Below are positions 26,201 through 41,744 of a stretch of 64,000 nt of DNA, piece after piece. The notes below the pieces were generated by a model that saw only the letters and a list, made by a program, of their open reading frames with translations, did not search any database and had not been told where the DNA came from. Both the position numbers and the translations under genes were made by a program. The DNA comes from Patellaria atrata CBS 101060 (lineage: Eukaryota), in the NCBI GenBank assembly GCA_010093705.1, contig MU006102.1, positions 4,123 through 68,122 on the forward strand, read 5' to 3'. Numbering within the stretch: the first letter of the stretch is position 1; every line of letters begins with the position of its first letter.

Positions 26201-26834
26201 TGTAAAAGAATATTAAATTCAAAACTGCATGCAGGTACAGTACTGTACGAGAAGAAGTAAGGTAGACTGAGCTTGTATCATAACATATATAGAGAATAGA
26301 TTTGAAAGGATTGGGATCCAACCCGATGTATGATGACAAGTCGACAACTCTAGCTGCGTCAGACTCCGTGTATGCCGTCCGGACCCTATGCAGCTTATGC
26401 TAATCGGAGAACAATTTAAAACGGCAGCATATTTATGGAGGCACGCAGCGACTGTCTTGAAGATCTTTTGTACGCATGAGGTGTCGTGGAAGGGTACTGT
26501 GCAGAAAGAACTTCGATCCGCGAATTAATTCTATCTTGTCACGTGCATCTTGACTCAGACGTGCAAATCTACCTCAGTTCTACCGTACGGAATACTCCGT
26601 ACTAAAGTTCTACTCCACGCTCGGCAAGGGCAACCTCAATAAAATCAAATACTCAACAACCTGATACCTCAGTAACCACCTTCGCTCTTAATCAGTTCAT
26701 TCCATCTTTCCACGCGCCTTTGGGTACGCGGTTTCTTCATAACTTTCTCTGTATTTCCGAAATGCCCTGAATCTCTCTCTCTCTCTCGAATCTCACGCAA
26801 GTGCTTGAATCCTTTTGGCATCCTCCCTCTTACG

Positions 26835-29800
26835 ATGGATCTCGCAAGGTACGTTTTTTCGGCGTCAGTACGCTGCAGAGAACTAGTTCTGACTTTTTAC
26901 AGCTCTTTAACACAGGATGAAATTCCAATCAAGCTTCGGTGCGCAACATGTAACAAGCTTGCCGTGAACGCGGTCAAGCTTCCATGCTGTGATCAGTCTA
27001 TCTGCGAGAATTGTAAGTTTCACATTATATTCTCTCGTGCGTTTCCGAGCCTCATCAAATTTCTTACAATTCACAGGTCAAGCTATCTTGTCTGATTCGT
27101 GCCCTGTCTGTCAGCACGCCCCTGTGTCCGTCGAAGATTGCAAACCTCATAAAAACCTTCGTTTGACCGTAAGGGCATTTCTGAAGTCTGAAGAGAAAAA
27201 GAGGGGCAAGGACAAGTCAGAAACGGTCGCAGTTCGCACTCGAGCTACACCTGTGATCGAAACAACGAATGATGCCGCTGTTGAAGTTTCTCGTAATGAG
27301 GCGGCACAGAATGAAGCTGCTGCGAATGACACTGAAGCTGGTGCAAACCGTGAAGCTTCGGAGACCAATACTCCAATGACAGTGCAACCTACAAATGAGG
27401 TTAATATCCCCCCACACGTATTGACCTTTCTTGGCTAACAATTAGAAGGATGCTCCAAACGAGAACGCTAGTGCGCTCCCAGCAGACACTTCCGCAGATT
27501 CTGGAGCTGATCATACGATCAAACAATCGACAACTTCGGGAGAAGGGCAAGATGGAGTCCCGGACTCTAAAACTGAACAGCTAGGCACTCCGGTAGAAGA
27601 GGCGCAGGCTCAAAAGAATGGATGGAATATGAGCGCCGGTCAGGGCCAGATGCTCAATAACCTTGGATTTGACTCAACCCAGGCGGGGTTTTCAAATATG
27701 GATTGGAGTGGAATAAATAGCTATAATCCTATGATGCAAATGCAAAATGGTATGCCAACTGGTGGATGGAATAATTTTGCGGGGATGATGAGTAGGTGCA
27801 TGAGATTTTCGTTTTTGAGCGACCTCGACTGATCTCCTTCATAGACATGCCACAAATGGGTATGGGACAAATGAACATGCCAAACGGGATGTACGGAGGC
27901 TTCGGAGTTGGTATGGGCTTAAGTGGAATGAACAGCGTGAATGGCATGAACATGGGCATGGACTTCAGTGGAGGATATGGAGGGAACTGGAACGGACAGC
28001 AGCAGATGAATGGCGGTGACTTCAGTGGCACACATGCTGGATATTATCCCGGAAGTGGATATAATCAACAATTGCACCAGCAAGGAAATTTTCCTGCGCA
28101 TCAGATGCATCACCAGCAGTACCAGAGAAATAATTTCCAGAATCAGAACCGTTACAGTGGCCCAGGCACGTATCCTCACAAAGGGTACGGTCGTAGTTCA
28201 CAAGGAAACTCTAGCGGTCAAAGCCAATTGCAAAATCCAGGCAATTCACAGTCGCAGCCATACGATACGACAAAGCTCCAAGATCAAGGTCAGAACCAAA
28301 ACCCTGATCAAGCTGGCAAGGGTGATGAAGACGCATCCAAATCTGAAGCTGATGCGTTCTTCCACCAACTTCCAGAAGGACTACAAGAACGCGGAGCCTC
28401 ACAGCAAGCGCCTATTGAACTGTCGCGAACACTAGGAGCTGCAGACACAGTTGACCCCATTGGTGCTGGGGAGCCCAAAACGTTGGATACTTCTGCAACT
28501 GAGCTGACTCGTAATCGTGATGCTGATGTTGACACTAGTAAAGGTGAGGTAAGTACAACAACTAGTCAATCCTACAGCACGTATGATGTCAACAGGACGC
28601 AGAATATCAATGGCGAAGAGAGCCAGGAATACTCCAAGAATTGTGATACACACACTCAAAATACTACCGGACCGGCGCTGCAACCTATCGCGACCTTTGA
28701 ATCTGCTGATCCGGCATCTGAACTTAGTTATGGCGTAGTTTCCAATACCATGGGTGTCCCAATGGAGCAGATTGCTGATACGATGTCGGCTCCGGGAAAC
28801 ATTCCTTTGGGATTGGTGCAAGATTATCATGGCCGCGGTCAGGGTGGGCCGCGTGCCGGCTTCGGACGAGGTGGATTCGGCGGTCGTGGAGGCAAAGGCT
28901 ACGTTTCTGGTGGACATGACGGGGATTTCACCATTCTTACCGGAGCCGAGCCCATAGGCCAAGGGGTTGAAGGTGCGCCAACTGGACCGAAAGCAATGAG
29001 GGAAGGGCTCCCAAATACGGGGTTTAGAGGCCGTGGAGGATTTCCTCACACTGCTCGAGGCGCTCTTGCTCATACATCGGTTGGAGAAGGTGGAGAGAGA
29101 AGAGCAAACAGGTTAGTTAACAAATCTTTCATTTACAGATCCTACAACAGCATCTGATACTTATTCCTCTAGCAAATCACCTGAACGAGCCCAGTCTCGG
29201 AGTAAGTCCAGGGCACGCTCACCTCCTCGTCCCGATTCCCGGGAGCGCCACAAGAGCAATAAACGTCGCCAGCGCTCTGCCAGCGTCTCTGCTGATAATG
29301 AAACACGTGAACGTAGAAAAGAGCGCCCTCACCGTCGCTCCTCACGCAAATATGGGGACGATGAAGAAACGGACGAGAACTGGGAGAGTAAGCCACGAGA
29401 ACCACGTTCACGAGACACCTCTGTCGACGCGGGAACCCGTAACCGCCGAGAGAAAGATAAGGATAGAGACAAGCATCGGTCATCTCGCTCTCGTAGAGAT
29501 CGTAGCCGAGAGTATCGTCGACGGAGGGAACGGTCAAGATCTCCACCCGCCGAGAATGACTTCGCAGGAGAGAAGCCTAAGGCAGGTGATGGTGAGCCCT
29601 ATTCTAGTTCCTCGGGTCGTCGGAGTAAAGCTGAAAAATACCGTGAACGCGATCAAGGTCATGACTACGAACAGGACAGAAACCGAGACAAAGATTGGGT
29701 TAGAGATCGAGAGCACGAGAGTAAAGATAAAGATAGAGACCGGGAACGCAACCGCGATCGGGAGCGGGATCGGGATCGGGATCGAGATCGTGAGCGTAGA

Positions 29801-30790
29801 CATTCTCGGCGTGACCGATCTGCTACACCCGAAGCTGAGTACTCCGAGCTCGACCGGCATCGTTCCTCGCGTCATGCCCACAAGGACCGCACGCGGGAAA
29901 GGGACCATGACCGGCGGCCTTCAAACGCATCTCACGTAGATATCCCTCCTACCACTAATTCCCACGCTACCTCGTCCTTAACCCGAGATCCGAAGAAACC
30001 TCTCGTATCTCCGGCAACGGGTTCCGCGCCAGGGGAAGTCGAGTTCAAAATCCATGGCCGCTCAAAGAGCCGAAACGTCTCCCTTGCTCCTATTAGCACG
30101 ACCACGTCTGAACCTAACAAATCTAAGCCCTCTCCGGTTTCGGCAACCTCGATGCGTCCTCCAACCGGCCCCCGAGGGTCTATCTCCTACCCAATGAACC
30201 CGCCCAAAGGTCCAGCTGCAGACCGTGACCGGGATAGGGGTCGGGACAGGGACAGGGATAGGGACAGGGACAGGGACCGAGACAACCGCGACCACCGCAA
30301 GCGTTCCTCGCAAGCAGCCATCTCCCCCGTCACTCCGGCAACCCCCACGGCTCCGACAGATCCCCATACGCTCGAGCGAGAAGCCCGAAACCGAGAACGC
30401 ATGTTGAAAGAGCAGCAGCGCCGACAATCACTTCAAGGTGGTGGTTTGAGTGAAACGGGATCGAGCAAGAAGCGTACACGTGTGCAAACGTCACCCGATG
30501 CGCCATCCGTCGCTAGTGCTGCAGCAGAGAAGCAGTTTCGACCACCAACAGGCCCGTCGGCTGATCGGGAGCGTGGGGGACGACGTAGGAAGAGGCAGAA
30601 GAGCGGCAGGGGTCTTTTCGAAGGAGTGGATGGCGAAGATGGTGAGGATGAGCGTGGCGCGACTGACAGAAATAAAGGAGGCGATGGAAGCGGTAGGAGA
30701 GGCGGATGGAAGTGGGAGGAAGATGAGGAGAATGATGAGGCGAGGGCTAGGAGGGTGGAGCGAGAGAGAGAGAGAGCCCGCTGGGGCTGA
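26835..30790 (+). CDS. Multi-exon protein with N-terminal RING-type zinc finger followed by M/G/N/Q-rich, RGG and RS/RD-rich low-complexity regions (probable RNA-processing factor)
   Basis: CATC..LPCCDQSICENC..CPVC, repeated APTGPK/PPTGP motifs, (RD)n tracts. Introns at about 26849, 27013, 27400, 27792 and 29112. Confidence 0.78.
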
Positions 30791-31167
30791 AGACAAATTT
30801 CCCGGCGGCGGAGACGCGTATCTCTCTTTCTACAGCTTTTTCTTCTCCGTTTATTGTGGCTATTTCCCTAGAGACGCGCCTAGGACTTGCATACACAGGT
30901 GTTTGTATTTGTGCAATTTTATTCGAGCCGCGGGAGCATCTGGTAGGGGATCTGTTTTTGTTTCGGCGGCGGCATTATTGGGGATTTACACATCTGTTTC
31001 GTGCCCCAATTCTTTCTTGAGGGCATAGCGAGCATGTCATTTGTCTAAGGTGGGCTCTCGCACGGATGTGGCGAGTGCGTATATTGAGGGTTAGAGCAAC
31101 CTGATGACACTCGCCACTTAGATATTGTACTGTAGAACTAGGAGCTAAAATCTGAAAATCAACTTGA

Positions 31168-31228
31168 ACATTGTACATTGTACATTGTACATTGTACATT
31201 TTACATTGTACATTTTACATTGTACATT
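31168..31228. repeat. 7-bp tandem repeat (ACATTGT/ACATTTT), about 9 units
   Basis: Directly visible in the sequence. Confidence 0.92.
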
Positions 31229-32660
31229 TTTAGGCCACTACGGTATGGTATATGGTACCTTATCTTACTAAGGTATTCACAAATTAAACATTGATTCGCA
31301 GACGAGAAGGGTAAGCAAAGTTCAACGGTTTCTCAAAAGTACCTTATGGCTCAATGGAAGGGGAAAATGAATCATCATAAATGGATCGTCATGGCGTTGA
31401 TGGCTGGGCTTTTTCCCTGTTATCTTGATGGTGTTATCGAATCTTGGCTGTGGCTCAAGCTCTCCCTTGTTCCTTCCCATCTCATACTGGAACTTCCGTT
31501 TACTTTTTGATAAGGTGATGACATAACCTCTACCTTGCCTTACCGAATTATCACCTCACCACCTCTTTACCTTTCGTTATGGGGTATATTTGAACTTTCC
31601 TGAGGTGTAGCTAAGGTATCGTATGACTGTTAAGTTAATACAGTAAGGTAACTTGGAAGGTACATGAGGTTACTTTGTCAGTATTGGGTACTTCGATTCT
31701 AAGGGTAGTACTACCTTACAGTATTATAGCCACCTCCACCTCAATTCGAGCTACCTTTTATTAAGGTGTCCTCGAGATGTCATGCTAACTCACCGGAAGC
31801 TCAACGAAACGCAATCGAACCATCCATGATGCTACCCGACATCAACTCCCAGTAAGATACTTTGTACCCGAAGGTAGAGCTTCCTTGCAACACAACACCA
31901 GGAAGTTGGTAACCTGAACCCTGATTAATGTACAATATGTCTTGCTTACCTTATTGTCACACCATTTCCCCTCCCGTCCTCCTCTTTCAAGTCGCGTGCA
32001 ACATGTGAAATTCAAACTTCAAACTCTTGACAATACATGACTTTTCATACTTAGGTCTATACAATTCAACATTTACATCCAATTCCATCATCAAGTCATC
32101 TTGTGGCCAGCTACCTTGAGGTAATATAAGGTACCTAAGGTAGAGACCTTCCCAGGTTTGACCTGCGTACAATACGTCTCGACTTCCCCATCAGTACAGA
32201 TCCCATCGGGGAATCTCCGATTGTTTAGGTATGTCTACGGTGTTTCTTTCCTAATTCACCTCCTACCCGGAATTGAGACACTCACCATGTCCCTCCCGTC
32301 ACCTTCTACCTTAACTTCCTCGCCCACTCTACATCGTATCCTCCAACTACCTTACCTTACCTTCACTTCCTTTTCCCCTCTTTAAATATCTTCTCCCAAC
32401 TTCATTGCTTTGATACCTTGCCCTTTGTGCTGCATTCATACAACATGCCTCATCATCTACACTTTCACCATTACTGGTCTGGCAAAGGCCAAGGCCATAA
32501 GACAACTGACAACCTCCACTCAGAGCTTTCTCCAAGTAAGCCCACTCCTGCTCCTCCTGATCTCCCACCTCGAGCATCCACACCACCAGCAACAATCTCT
32601 GAGCCAACCATCGGCCCGCGAAGGACTCCCTCTCGCTGGTCTCTCCCACCATCTTACAAG

Positions 32661-34923
32661 ATGTCTACCGACCACTCTCCATCTGGTGATATCACTACGA
32701 GCGTCACATTGAGCTTCACAAATCCAGGTACTCAACCCCCAGTATATGTTGCAACTTCCCTCTCTTCCCCACCATGGGAAGTACTAGAAATGGCCGTCGA
32801 AGAACAGAGGATGCATAACGGTGATCTGATATTCACGAGGACCTTTCATGACGTGAAGGATGGAGATTATCAGTATAAGTTTCGTCTAGGCCCGGGCGAT
32901 TGGTGGGTACTTGATGAAAAGGCTGAGACAGGTACTTTCTTCAGGGTCGTAGTCAGCTTCATCTGTGCTGACAATGTTCGTAGCAACTGATAATGCTGGA
33001 AACCGCAACAATGTAGTTACCGTAAAGTCAAAACCAGATGGGGAGTCTACAGATAAACGGGAGCACAAGAAATCCGAATTAGCAAACTCCACAGTGGCAT
33101 TCCTACAAACTCTCAAGCAGGAATCCGAACCCACGGCAGCCCCGCAACAAGGGGAGACTCCACTACCAATCATGGTTGTTGATAAGGTTCCAGATCAGAA
33201 CCGACCAGTTTACGGTGACGTTGATGCAGAGAGTTTGCACGAGAATGAGGGAAAACGCCAAGCGGATGCTGAACCAGATGTCGAGTACGTTGCTACTGAG
33301 CTGGAAGTACAAGATCCTAAACAGCAACCTCAGATCCCAGTGCCTACTTTGATCGTCGAAAAGACGGACACTAGGCCAGAGCATGGCGATGATATGGGTC
33401 CGAACTCTACTGAAGGCCAGAAGCTCGCTCACAAAATGCGAACGGCTGATGCGGAGCCGGATGAGATTGTCATTTCACCAGAGATCGAACCTGCTAAGTC
33501 AGATACTGCTCCCGATGACGAGTCTGCTGCAGCAGCAAGCATGGACCTTGATGATGGCATTGAGTCACCTATGCTAGAGCGTGTCCCAACTTTCGCATAT
33601 GAAGAAGACTCAAAACCTAACAGATTCTTCGCTCATGAAGATTCGTCGGATGAGCCGGCAAAATCGAGTCCTGACCTTGACGACGAGCTTGCTGCTGCCG
33701 CGGGTATTGGCCCTGACGAAGACGACGAGTCGCCAAGGCTTGAACACACCCCGACTTTCGCGTACGAAGAAGAGGGCAAATCTAGTAGGTTTTTCGCTCA
33801 TGAAGCGTCAGAAGATGAGGTAGATGATTTGAAACCCACCCACGGGCAAGTTGAAAGTACAGACCCACCACGATCACCCAACAAACAAGATCCATTCGAA
33901 GAACCCGATCCTAATGATTCAACTATCGAACCGTTCCCGACCGATAGGGAAGCTATCCTTGCACAGCTTCAGCGTACAGAAACTCTCTTTGCACCAACCG
34001 ATGTTGAGGATAACGCACTGCATCACTCGCCTTCTTCTCGTTCCAGCTCTGTAGTTGAGGTATCTGCGCCTTCATTGAACGTAATCACTGAAGACGAAGA
34101 TGAGGAGTCAGTGGAAGATTCCATGGCTGCGGAAGGTACCCGGGAAATACACGAAGCCCCTGAATCATCGGCTGAGGAGGTACGGAGCACAAGAGTTAGT
34201 ACCGGAACAATGGATGAAGAGGGATCAGTTCAGGAGGATGGAGCAACAGAAGGTAACGCTGAAATAAAAGATAACAGCAGACATGAACTTGCTCATTCGA
34301 CAGATGGTGCTACTAGGGACGTGACCGAGTCGGTTGCGAACCTTGTGGATGATGCCCCTCCCACTCCTCCGCTTACGCCCAAAGAGAATTTGATAGACAC
34401 AAAGAACGACTCCTTCGCTGAAGGATCAGTTGAAGAAGTGGACTCATCGTCTCTAGGCGATGCTGTACGAAATGCAAGGGCGACCACTTCGACGCCGAAG
34501 CCGGAGTCATCAACAACCTTTGAGACAGACATGACAGCACGATCAGAAACACCAGCCTCGATGACAAAACCGGCCCAGACGGAGGGACTTTTTGCTGCCT
34601 TCTGGCGTGTTGTATTTGGTTCTTGGCTCGATCCGCTGGGTAGATGGATTAGTAGGGTCTGTGGTGGAAAGAGAAAAGCGACGTAAGAAATTTCTGTTGC
34701 TTTTGTTTGGTCAGTCTATGATACCACACATAGCTACCGAAGATCTTTTTTTTGTGACTTGGTCGATGTACGATGTGTTGTACAGACCATTCACTGACTG
34801 TTAAGCTACAGGGGACTCCTCACGACAATTGCCGTGACGGCTCTAGCATTCTACCTCTACAGTGAGCCTCAGTTGTTGGAAGGCGTACCGTACATTGAAC
34901 AGCTCAATCAACCTCGGGGTTAA
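32661..34923 (+). CDS. AMPK1_CBM/CBM48 glycogen-binding-domain protein with long acidic region and C-terminal hydrophobic anchor (3 exons)
   Basis: PPVYVATS..PPWE..YQYKFRLGPGDWW..TDNAGNRNN. Introns at about 32932-32982 and 34683-34811. Last exon GLLTTIAVTALAFYLY. Confidence 0.8.
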
Positions 34924-35762
34924 AAGTGAGTAGCATTATCATATTTCGTACTCGGGATGGTTTATGGTGGTAGGTTAGCGATAACGAAGCATGGCGTTGG
35001 ATGGGTTCCTTTCTTTCTCACTGCAGTGTAGTCGCATGCAATAGTTAACGGGAAAATGAATAGCATTAGTTGTCCTCCTTGTCTTTTGTTCCCAGAGGGT
35101 ATTGTCTTCCATTTCCTGAGTATAGTTCTCCTTGCTTACCGAACTATACATTCCTTTATACACAACGGTTCAGATCCGTACGGGGATCTGAACTATGTGG
35201 CTGCTCTATATGGGAAGTGCAAAATAAACACGTGTACGTACAAAACAGGTACAGCAACCGAGGACTGCCTGATGCGAAATACTGTACCGCGTACGAAGTA
35301 CGGAGACCCCTAGCCAGATCAAGCTCTCCCCGGACCCCATCACCATCTTCCTTTTCAACTATCCAATTCGACAAACCCTTGAGCTGGGAGCGCAATATCG
35401 AATGGCTCAAGGATGAATGCCCACCGCGGAGGCTTAGGTCTACGATACCACGACCGGAAAACGCCATCCCCAGTCTCTCACCCGAGAATGACAATTACAG
35501 CGCGCTGGCAACTCTCAACGTTGCAGAAGCCGTGGACGTAGATCCGGCTAAGTGTACAGTCAGATCACTTTGTACGAATATAATAAAGTCGAAGATCATC
35601 ATGCATCAGTCATCCAAACTAAACCGGAATTGACACATCAGGGGTAAAAGATAGTTTCTGATTAAGATCCCATATGGTAAGCGCCACTCAATACCCAATC
35701 ATCCCGTCGCCAGCTGTCCCAAATCCACGACAAAAACGCCATGCCAGTACGTTATCCTAGAT

Positions 35763-38683
35763 TTATCCCAATTCTCTGCTTTCCCCATCTCTTTCACCGA
35801 TATCAGCCTCCAGCAGAGAGGCATCTTCCCTTAATGCAACCCCTGGTTCCCCTTCGCCGAAATCCTCATCCACTGCGATACCACCGTTTAGAACCGTCCA
35901 AACATCCTTCTTGGTCAACAAGCCCTTCAACATACCCTTCTCCACAAAAATGACATATCTCAACCCGATTTTTTGAAACATGTTGACGGTCAACTGCAAA
36001 CTTGCCTTCGCATTCAGCGTGATGGGCGTCTGATCCATCCACGGTCTGAGATCGAGGGACGTCGTCGGATCCGCGAGCGGTTGGTGAGAGAAATACGCTT
36101 CTGTTTCCGGTGGCATATTCCGAGGCGGCGTTAGGGCAGAGGAGAGCGCAAATGCGAGTTCCGTTCGTGAGATGTATCCTAGTAAAACCGCGTCACGGGG
36201 ATTATCTATGACAGGAAATCCGCGGAAATGGTGCGTTGCTAGCAGATCACGAAGGCTCTGTATCGTGTGTCCCGTCGCCGTGATAACTATCAGATCCTCA
36301 ATCCTCGTCATCACCTGCGCAGCCGCAACATCAGGGATCCGCGCGCTGTTATCCTCAGAATTGTCGAGGAACGGATAGCCGTTGAAATGGATCCAGGACT
36401 CGTAGATTCCGCGTGTGGATATGGCGTCACCGACCCATTTACTAATCATGACAGCGATCATGATGGGGAGAACGTAGGTCAAAGCGCCTGTGAGCTCAAA
36501 CATGATGACTACAATAGATACGGTCATACGTGTTGCCCCGCCCAAGGCTGATGCTGCACCAATGACGGCGTAGATACCTGGGGTGATGCATGGAAGGTCT
36601 GGTTCGCAGTATGTGAATGGGAGGAAACCAGGGTGATCTTTCTGCCAGACCTCGAGGATTAGCCCGACGGCACGACCGTATAGTGCACCGATGGCCATAG
36701 ATGGAAGAATGATTCCTGCTGGTATATGTAGACCAAAGGTTACGGAAGCGAGAAAGAAGCCTAGAAGAGCAGCGAGGATGAGAAGCGTAATGACGCCCGT
36801 ATTCGCCTTGCCGGATTTGCAGAGTCCGAGCTGGTCATCCGCAATATCAACACATTCCGCGAATAGAACATAGACCAATTGTGAAGCCTGGGCGCGCATG
36901 AACTTGATAGGAAAGTTGATGATGGCCGTGGTTATGGTAATAACGATAACTTCCAGTACGGGTCCCTTAAATATAGGCGAGTTGCGGCGCCATTCGGCAA
37001 CCTTCATGTTTAGTTTGATGAACAGTCCACCATAGAGACCACCAAGAACACCGAGGAAAATGAAAGGAATCATCTCGAACCCATGATACCCACGATGGTA
37101 AGTTACCTGATATAAGACCAACTTTCCCGTTCTGAAAGGATTGAAGCTCTGCAGTGTCACTGCGGCAACCATGGCACAAACAAAGCTTTGCCACATCGTC
37201 TTGTCGGGGAAATAGTACGACAGTTGCTACAGGGCTATCAGCGGGGTCTATTTACGATAATGAGCAATAAACATCACCTCTAAACTGAACAAAACCCCAC
37301 CGATGGGAGAGCCGAATGCAACTGATATGCCGGAAGCAGCGGCAGCTGAAAGGATTTCTCTTTTCCGTGCTTCATTATCATTTATATTCTTGAAGAGTTT
37401 CATGAATAGATTGGCGCAGCAACATGCCACATGAACGAGTGGGCCTTCTTTGCCAAGCCAAAGTCCAGATGCTACAGCCATACACTATGCAATTCATGTC
37501 AGTGCAAGCTATTTTGGAGTCTGTAAGAGATATACCAATCCAAGTGACTTTATAGTCAGGGTCCATCCACCCATAAATCGCCGCATAACGAAGCCACCCA
37601 AGACTGTTTTAATCTCAGGGATACCACTGTGCTTTGCGTAGACCGCATATGTTTTTACTAGGATGCTAGCTATAGCAGCAAATGCAGTCTGTAGTCTATT
37701 AGCTTTCTACGGGTATAATAAAGGAATAAAAGACATATCATACTGAGAAGACGATAAAGACAATAAACTCGACTATCCAACTTCCTCCAGCCGATCCTAT
37801 ACCCCAAGCATTGCCCCAAGTACTCCAGTCTTTACATTTTGCGAATTCTGATAAGAAGTGGATTAGCATATGGTTAACAGACGACGTATGGTGATTTACC
37901 CTCATAGCCCCAACAACAGAATGCCCTGTTCAAATAGAATTTACCCCCTCCACCATTATTACTACAGTAGCCTATTTTCAAGTCCCCCAACCAGTCGCTA
38001 ACAATATCGATGAACGCCGCGATACAGCCACTTGCAATACCGGTGGCTATTAGAACAAGCCAGATCTGACTAGCATCTGCGATTTGCCAAAGATTCCCCA
38101 GCAGACCCGTTGCACTTGAGTATAGCGCCCGCAGACGTTGTCTCTCCTTCGCATATTCGAAGATCCAGTCGATAGCCGTGAGATCGTCGTATCCAACACG
38201 CCTTCCAGGTCCCTCCACATACCAATCCAGACCACCCCCGTCTTTAATGTCGTGTAGCCCGGTCCCTGCGTCACCAGGGGTATTGAGGTACGATAAAATG
38301 GCATCTGTGGAATCATTTATTGACTCGCTATTGCGGATATGGCGCGCTCTTGAAGGGGTGAGTCGTGCAATAGGAGAAATGGGGTGGTTGTTGCTTGATA
38401 ATGGTGAGGATAAGAACCTAGGGATAGAAAATCCCTGCGGAGTCTTCTGCTTTCTTTTGAACGATATTCTACCACGAAGTCAGTGGTCACTTTCCTGAAA
38501 TATCTCTGCTATTTTTTACCTCTCCGGTAAACGGGTATCTAAAGGGTCCGCCGCGAGCAAAGCCTCCTCATTGTTCTCGACACCATCCTCATCGGCGACG
38601 GAAGCTTGCCAGGCTCTGGTGCTGCTACTGGACTCGGCCTGCGTGTGGACATTGTCAGAGTGACCGGAGGATGAGCTGGACAT
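35763..38683 (-). CDS. CLC-family chloride channel / Cl-/H+ exchanger with CBS domains (Gef1-like), multi-exon
   Basis: [40 protein letters not shown] motifs and a C-terminal CBS pair. Confidence 0.93.
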
Positions 38684-39393
38684 CCCCTCTAAATATTATC
38701 GTATCATGGGTCGTATCATGTTAAGAAATAAGAACGTAGTTACTGTAAGGAATGGTTTGACTTGTGACCATTCCGCTTCGTTGCCAAGGATAATTCGCCG
38801 CAGCCATCATCACCGCGCCGAGGAACTGGATCTACCATAACCTCCACCTCCAGCTTACAGTCCAAATACAACATGTTGTCAGACTTTCCCCTTGTATACT
38901 CGAAAGCTATGGCCTATTCTACTAGGCTATCAGGATGAAATGTACTGTGCGGAGTAGCTATATATATAAGAAGTACTTCGCACGTCACCCCAAAGGTCTG
39001 TTTCTAGTTTGCTCGATTTCCACCATTCATTAAGACTTCATAGCAGTATACTCTCGTACTTGCATGCAATGCATTCTCATCGATTATCATATCCTTCATA
39101 ATCTCCAATTGTGAAGGAAGGCAGTTAAAGTTAATCATGAATGGTATAATTCATTTCACCCACACACGGGTTACTACTGGATTCATAGTTATTAGTGAAG
39201 AAATTCTACCAAAAAATGTAAAGTAAGGAAAAATTTAGAATCACAACAGTGAAGTGCTTTCGGATGACAAAATAATAACAAAACAAACAAGACATCGTGC
39301 TTGCCCATTAATCGGTCTACTTTTTGCGCATCACCTTCATACAAACGACACCCTAGCCCCTGAAATAGGATGTCATCCTCTCCAATAACGCCC

Positions 39394-40395
39394 ATGGTAG
39401 CAGCTCACCCTCTTACTCCGGCTGAGATCATCTAGTTAATGATACAATATCTTCGATGCACAGATCCTTTTCTCTTCTCTGCAAACTACAATCTGGACAA
39501 TTTCTTCCAAGTCAACTTAGCGGCTATGTCAGATTAGCTGCAGGAGGAGGAAGATCTACACTCGAACACTCTCCTGGACGGGTTGGATTTGGAGCAGAAG
39601 AAACTCCAGGATGACTTTCAGCATCTCCGGGCCTTCTTCAAGAACCATAATATAGCTACCAAAGTACACGAAGAGCTTGATCGTCGGTTAATTTCCGCCA
39701 ATATACCGATTAGCCAACAGTCGATTAGAGACAGAAAACCTAAGGACCCCCTGGCAAAATTAGAGTCACTTTTGGAGAGTCAATTGCCAGAATTAGAACC
39801 TCGAGAGGCCGAGTTTACCATCGGTATTGCGACGTCCATAGATGATGATAGGAAACCTCGAGGACGTTTGTCAGATACTGTTGCCCTATTCAACTACATG
39901 GGAGGATTTCCGATGTGATCTCCAGAAGTACTCAGCAAGCCAGCAAGCCAAAAATGCAGGATATCCTTTGGGTTGTAGCTTGAGAGACGGCCGTTAGATG
40001 TATAAGGTTTCGAAACAGAATACACCAGGGCGGATTAAAGCTTTGAATAAAGGAGAAATGGAAGTAAATTGCAAAGAAACGTATCTTGAACTATTAGACT
40101 TGTTGTGCCAGGGCAGATCGGTAGTATTCTATCATGTAAGCTGTCAAAACTCCGTTCGTATGAATAATCCACTAATCTACCGAACAGGACGTAATTCGTC
40201 GACTGAGTGCAGAAAGACAAGGAGGCTAAAGAGTGGGGACACTTTGGCCGCAACTTTCTAGACCCGAATTCGTACTCAGACTCGTACTTCGAATCGGAGG
40301 AATTCCATGAGTACATGGAGCGCAAGACTGAGAACCCAAATTGGACCTTGGATAAGCATATTGGGAGTATGAGGATTCAAGATCCTGCCGTTTGA
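39394..40395 (+). pseudogene. Fragmented hypothetical gene
   Basis: Coding-like stretches (39394-39918, ~39960-40136, 40207-40395) interrupted by TAG ~39535 and TGA 39916; one plausible intron. No family recognised. Confidence 0.35.
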
Positions 40396-41053
40396 CCTGA
40401 GAAGAGTCTTTATCATGCATGAATGTTGTTTGGATGGAAGAGGAAGAGATGGTGTCTAAGAATTCTTGTTAATCTGGGTACTCCAGTACAGCACCTCGTA
40501 ATTGTAAAACTTATGCATGAAGTCTGAGTTGGCGATATACTATTTTATTCTTGTCCCGAACCACTACAAGAGATTTCATAAATTGTACCGACTTCGCTGT
40601 AAGGTTGACTAGCTTGTACTAATACGTAGGTCAAAACTTCAAAGGAGAAGCAAATGTTCTACGCGTTTGAAGGAGACTAGGATTAGGGAGGTAGAAGTTG
40701 GCGTACAGGTACGAGTTAATGGAAAGCATAGCAAAGTACGGAGTATTTTCTGAGCAGATTAGAATACTCTTCGTACAGGCTTCATTGTGGTCGTCAAAGT
40801 CTAGACTTAGGAGGCATAGTTCTACTACCAACGAGCGCAGATTGAATAATGTACCTTAAAAATCTTCATTGCGTGTTTATACTAGAAATGCAATTCCCCC
40901 TGAATTAGAATCTCTCCACGGTCGAAGATCGGACGTTTCTTGCCAAGCATCGCTTGATCAAGGCTAGCGTCAAGCACACGTATTTTTGAATCTTCAATTG
41001 TTCAAGCGACCTCATTGTCGACCTCTCAACTTACGCCCACGAATACCGCAACA

Positions 41054-41744
<691 letters not shown>

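Noticed and set aside
29169..31028. Long alternative-frame and antisense ORFs
   Set aside because: By-products of GC-rich RS/RD low-complexity coding in the RING-domain gene.
35070..35633. 187-aa ORF between convergent genes
   Set aside because: No recognisable motifs; lies in the 3' intergenic zone.
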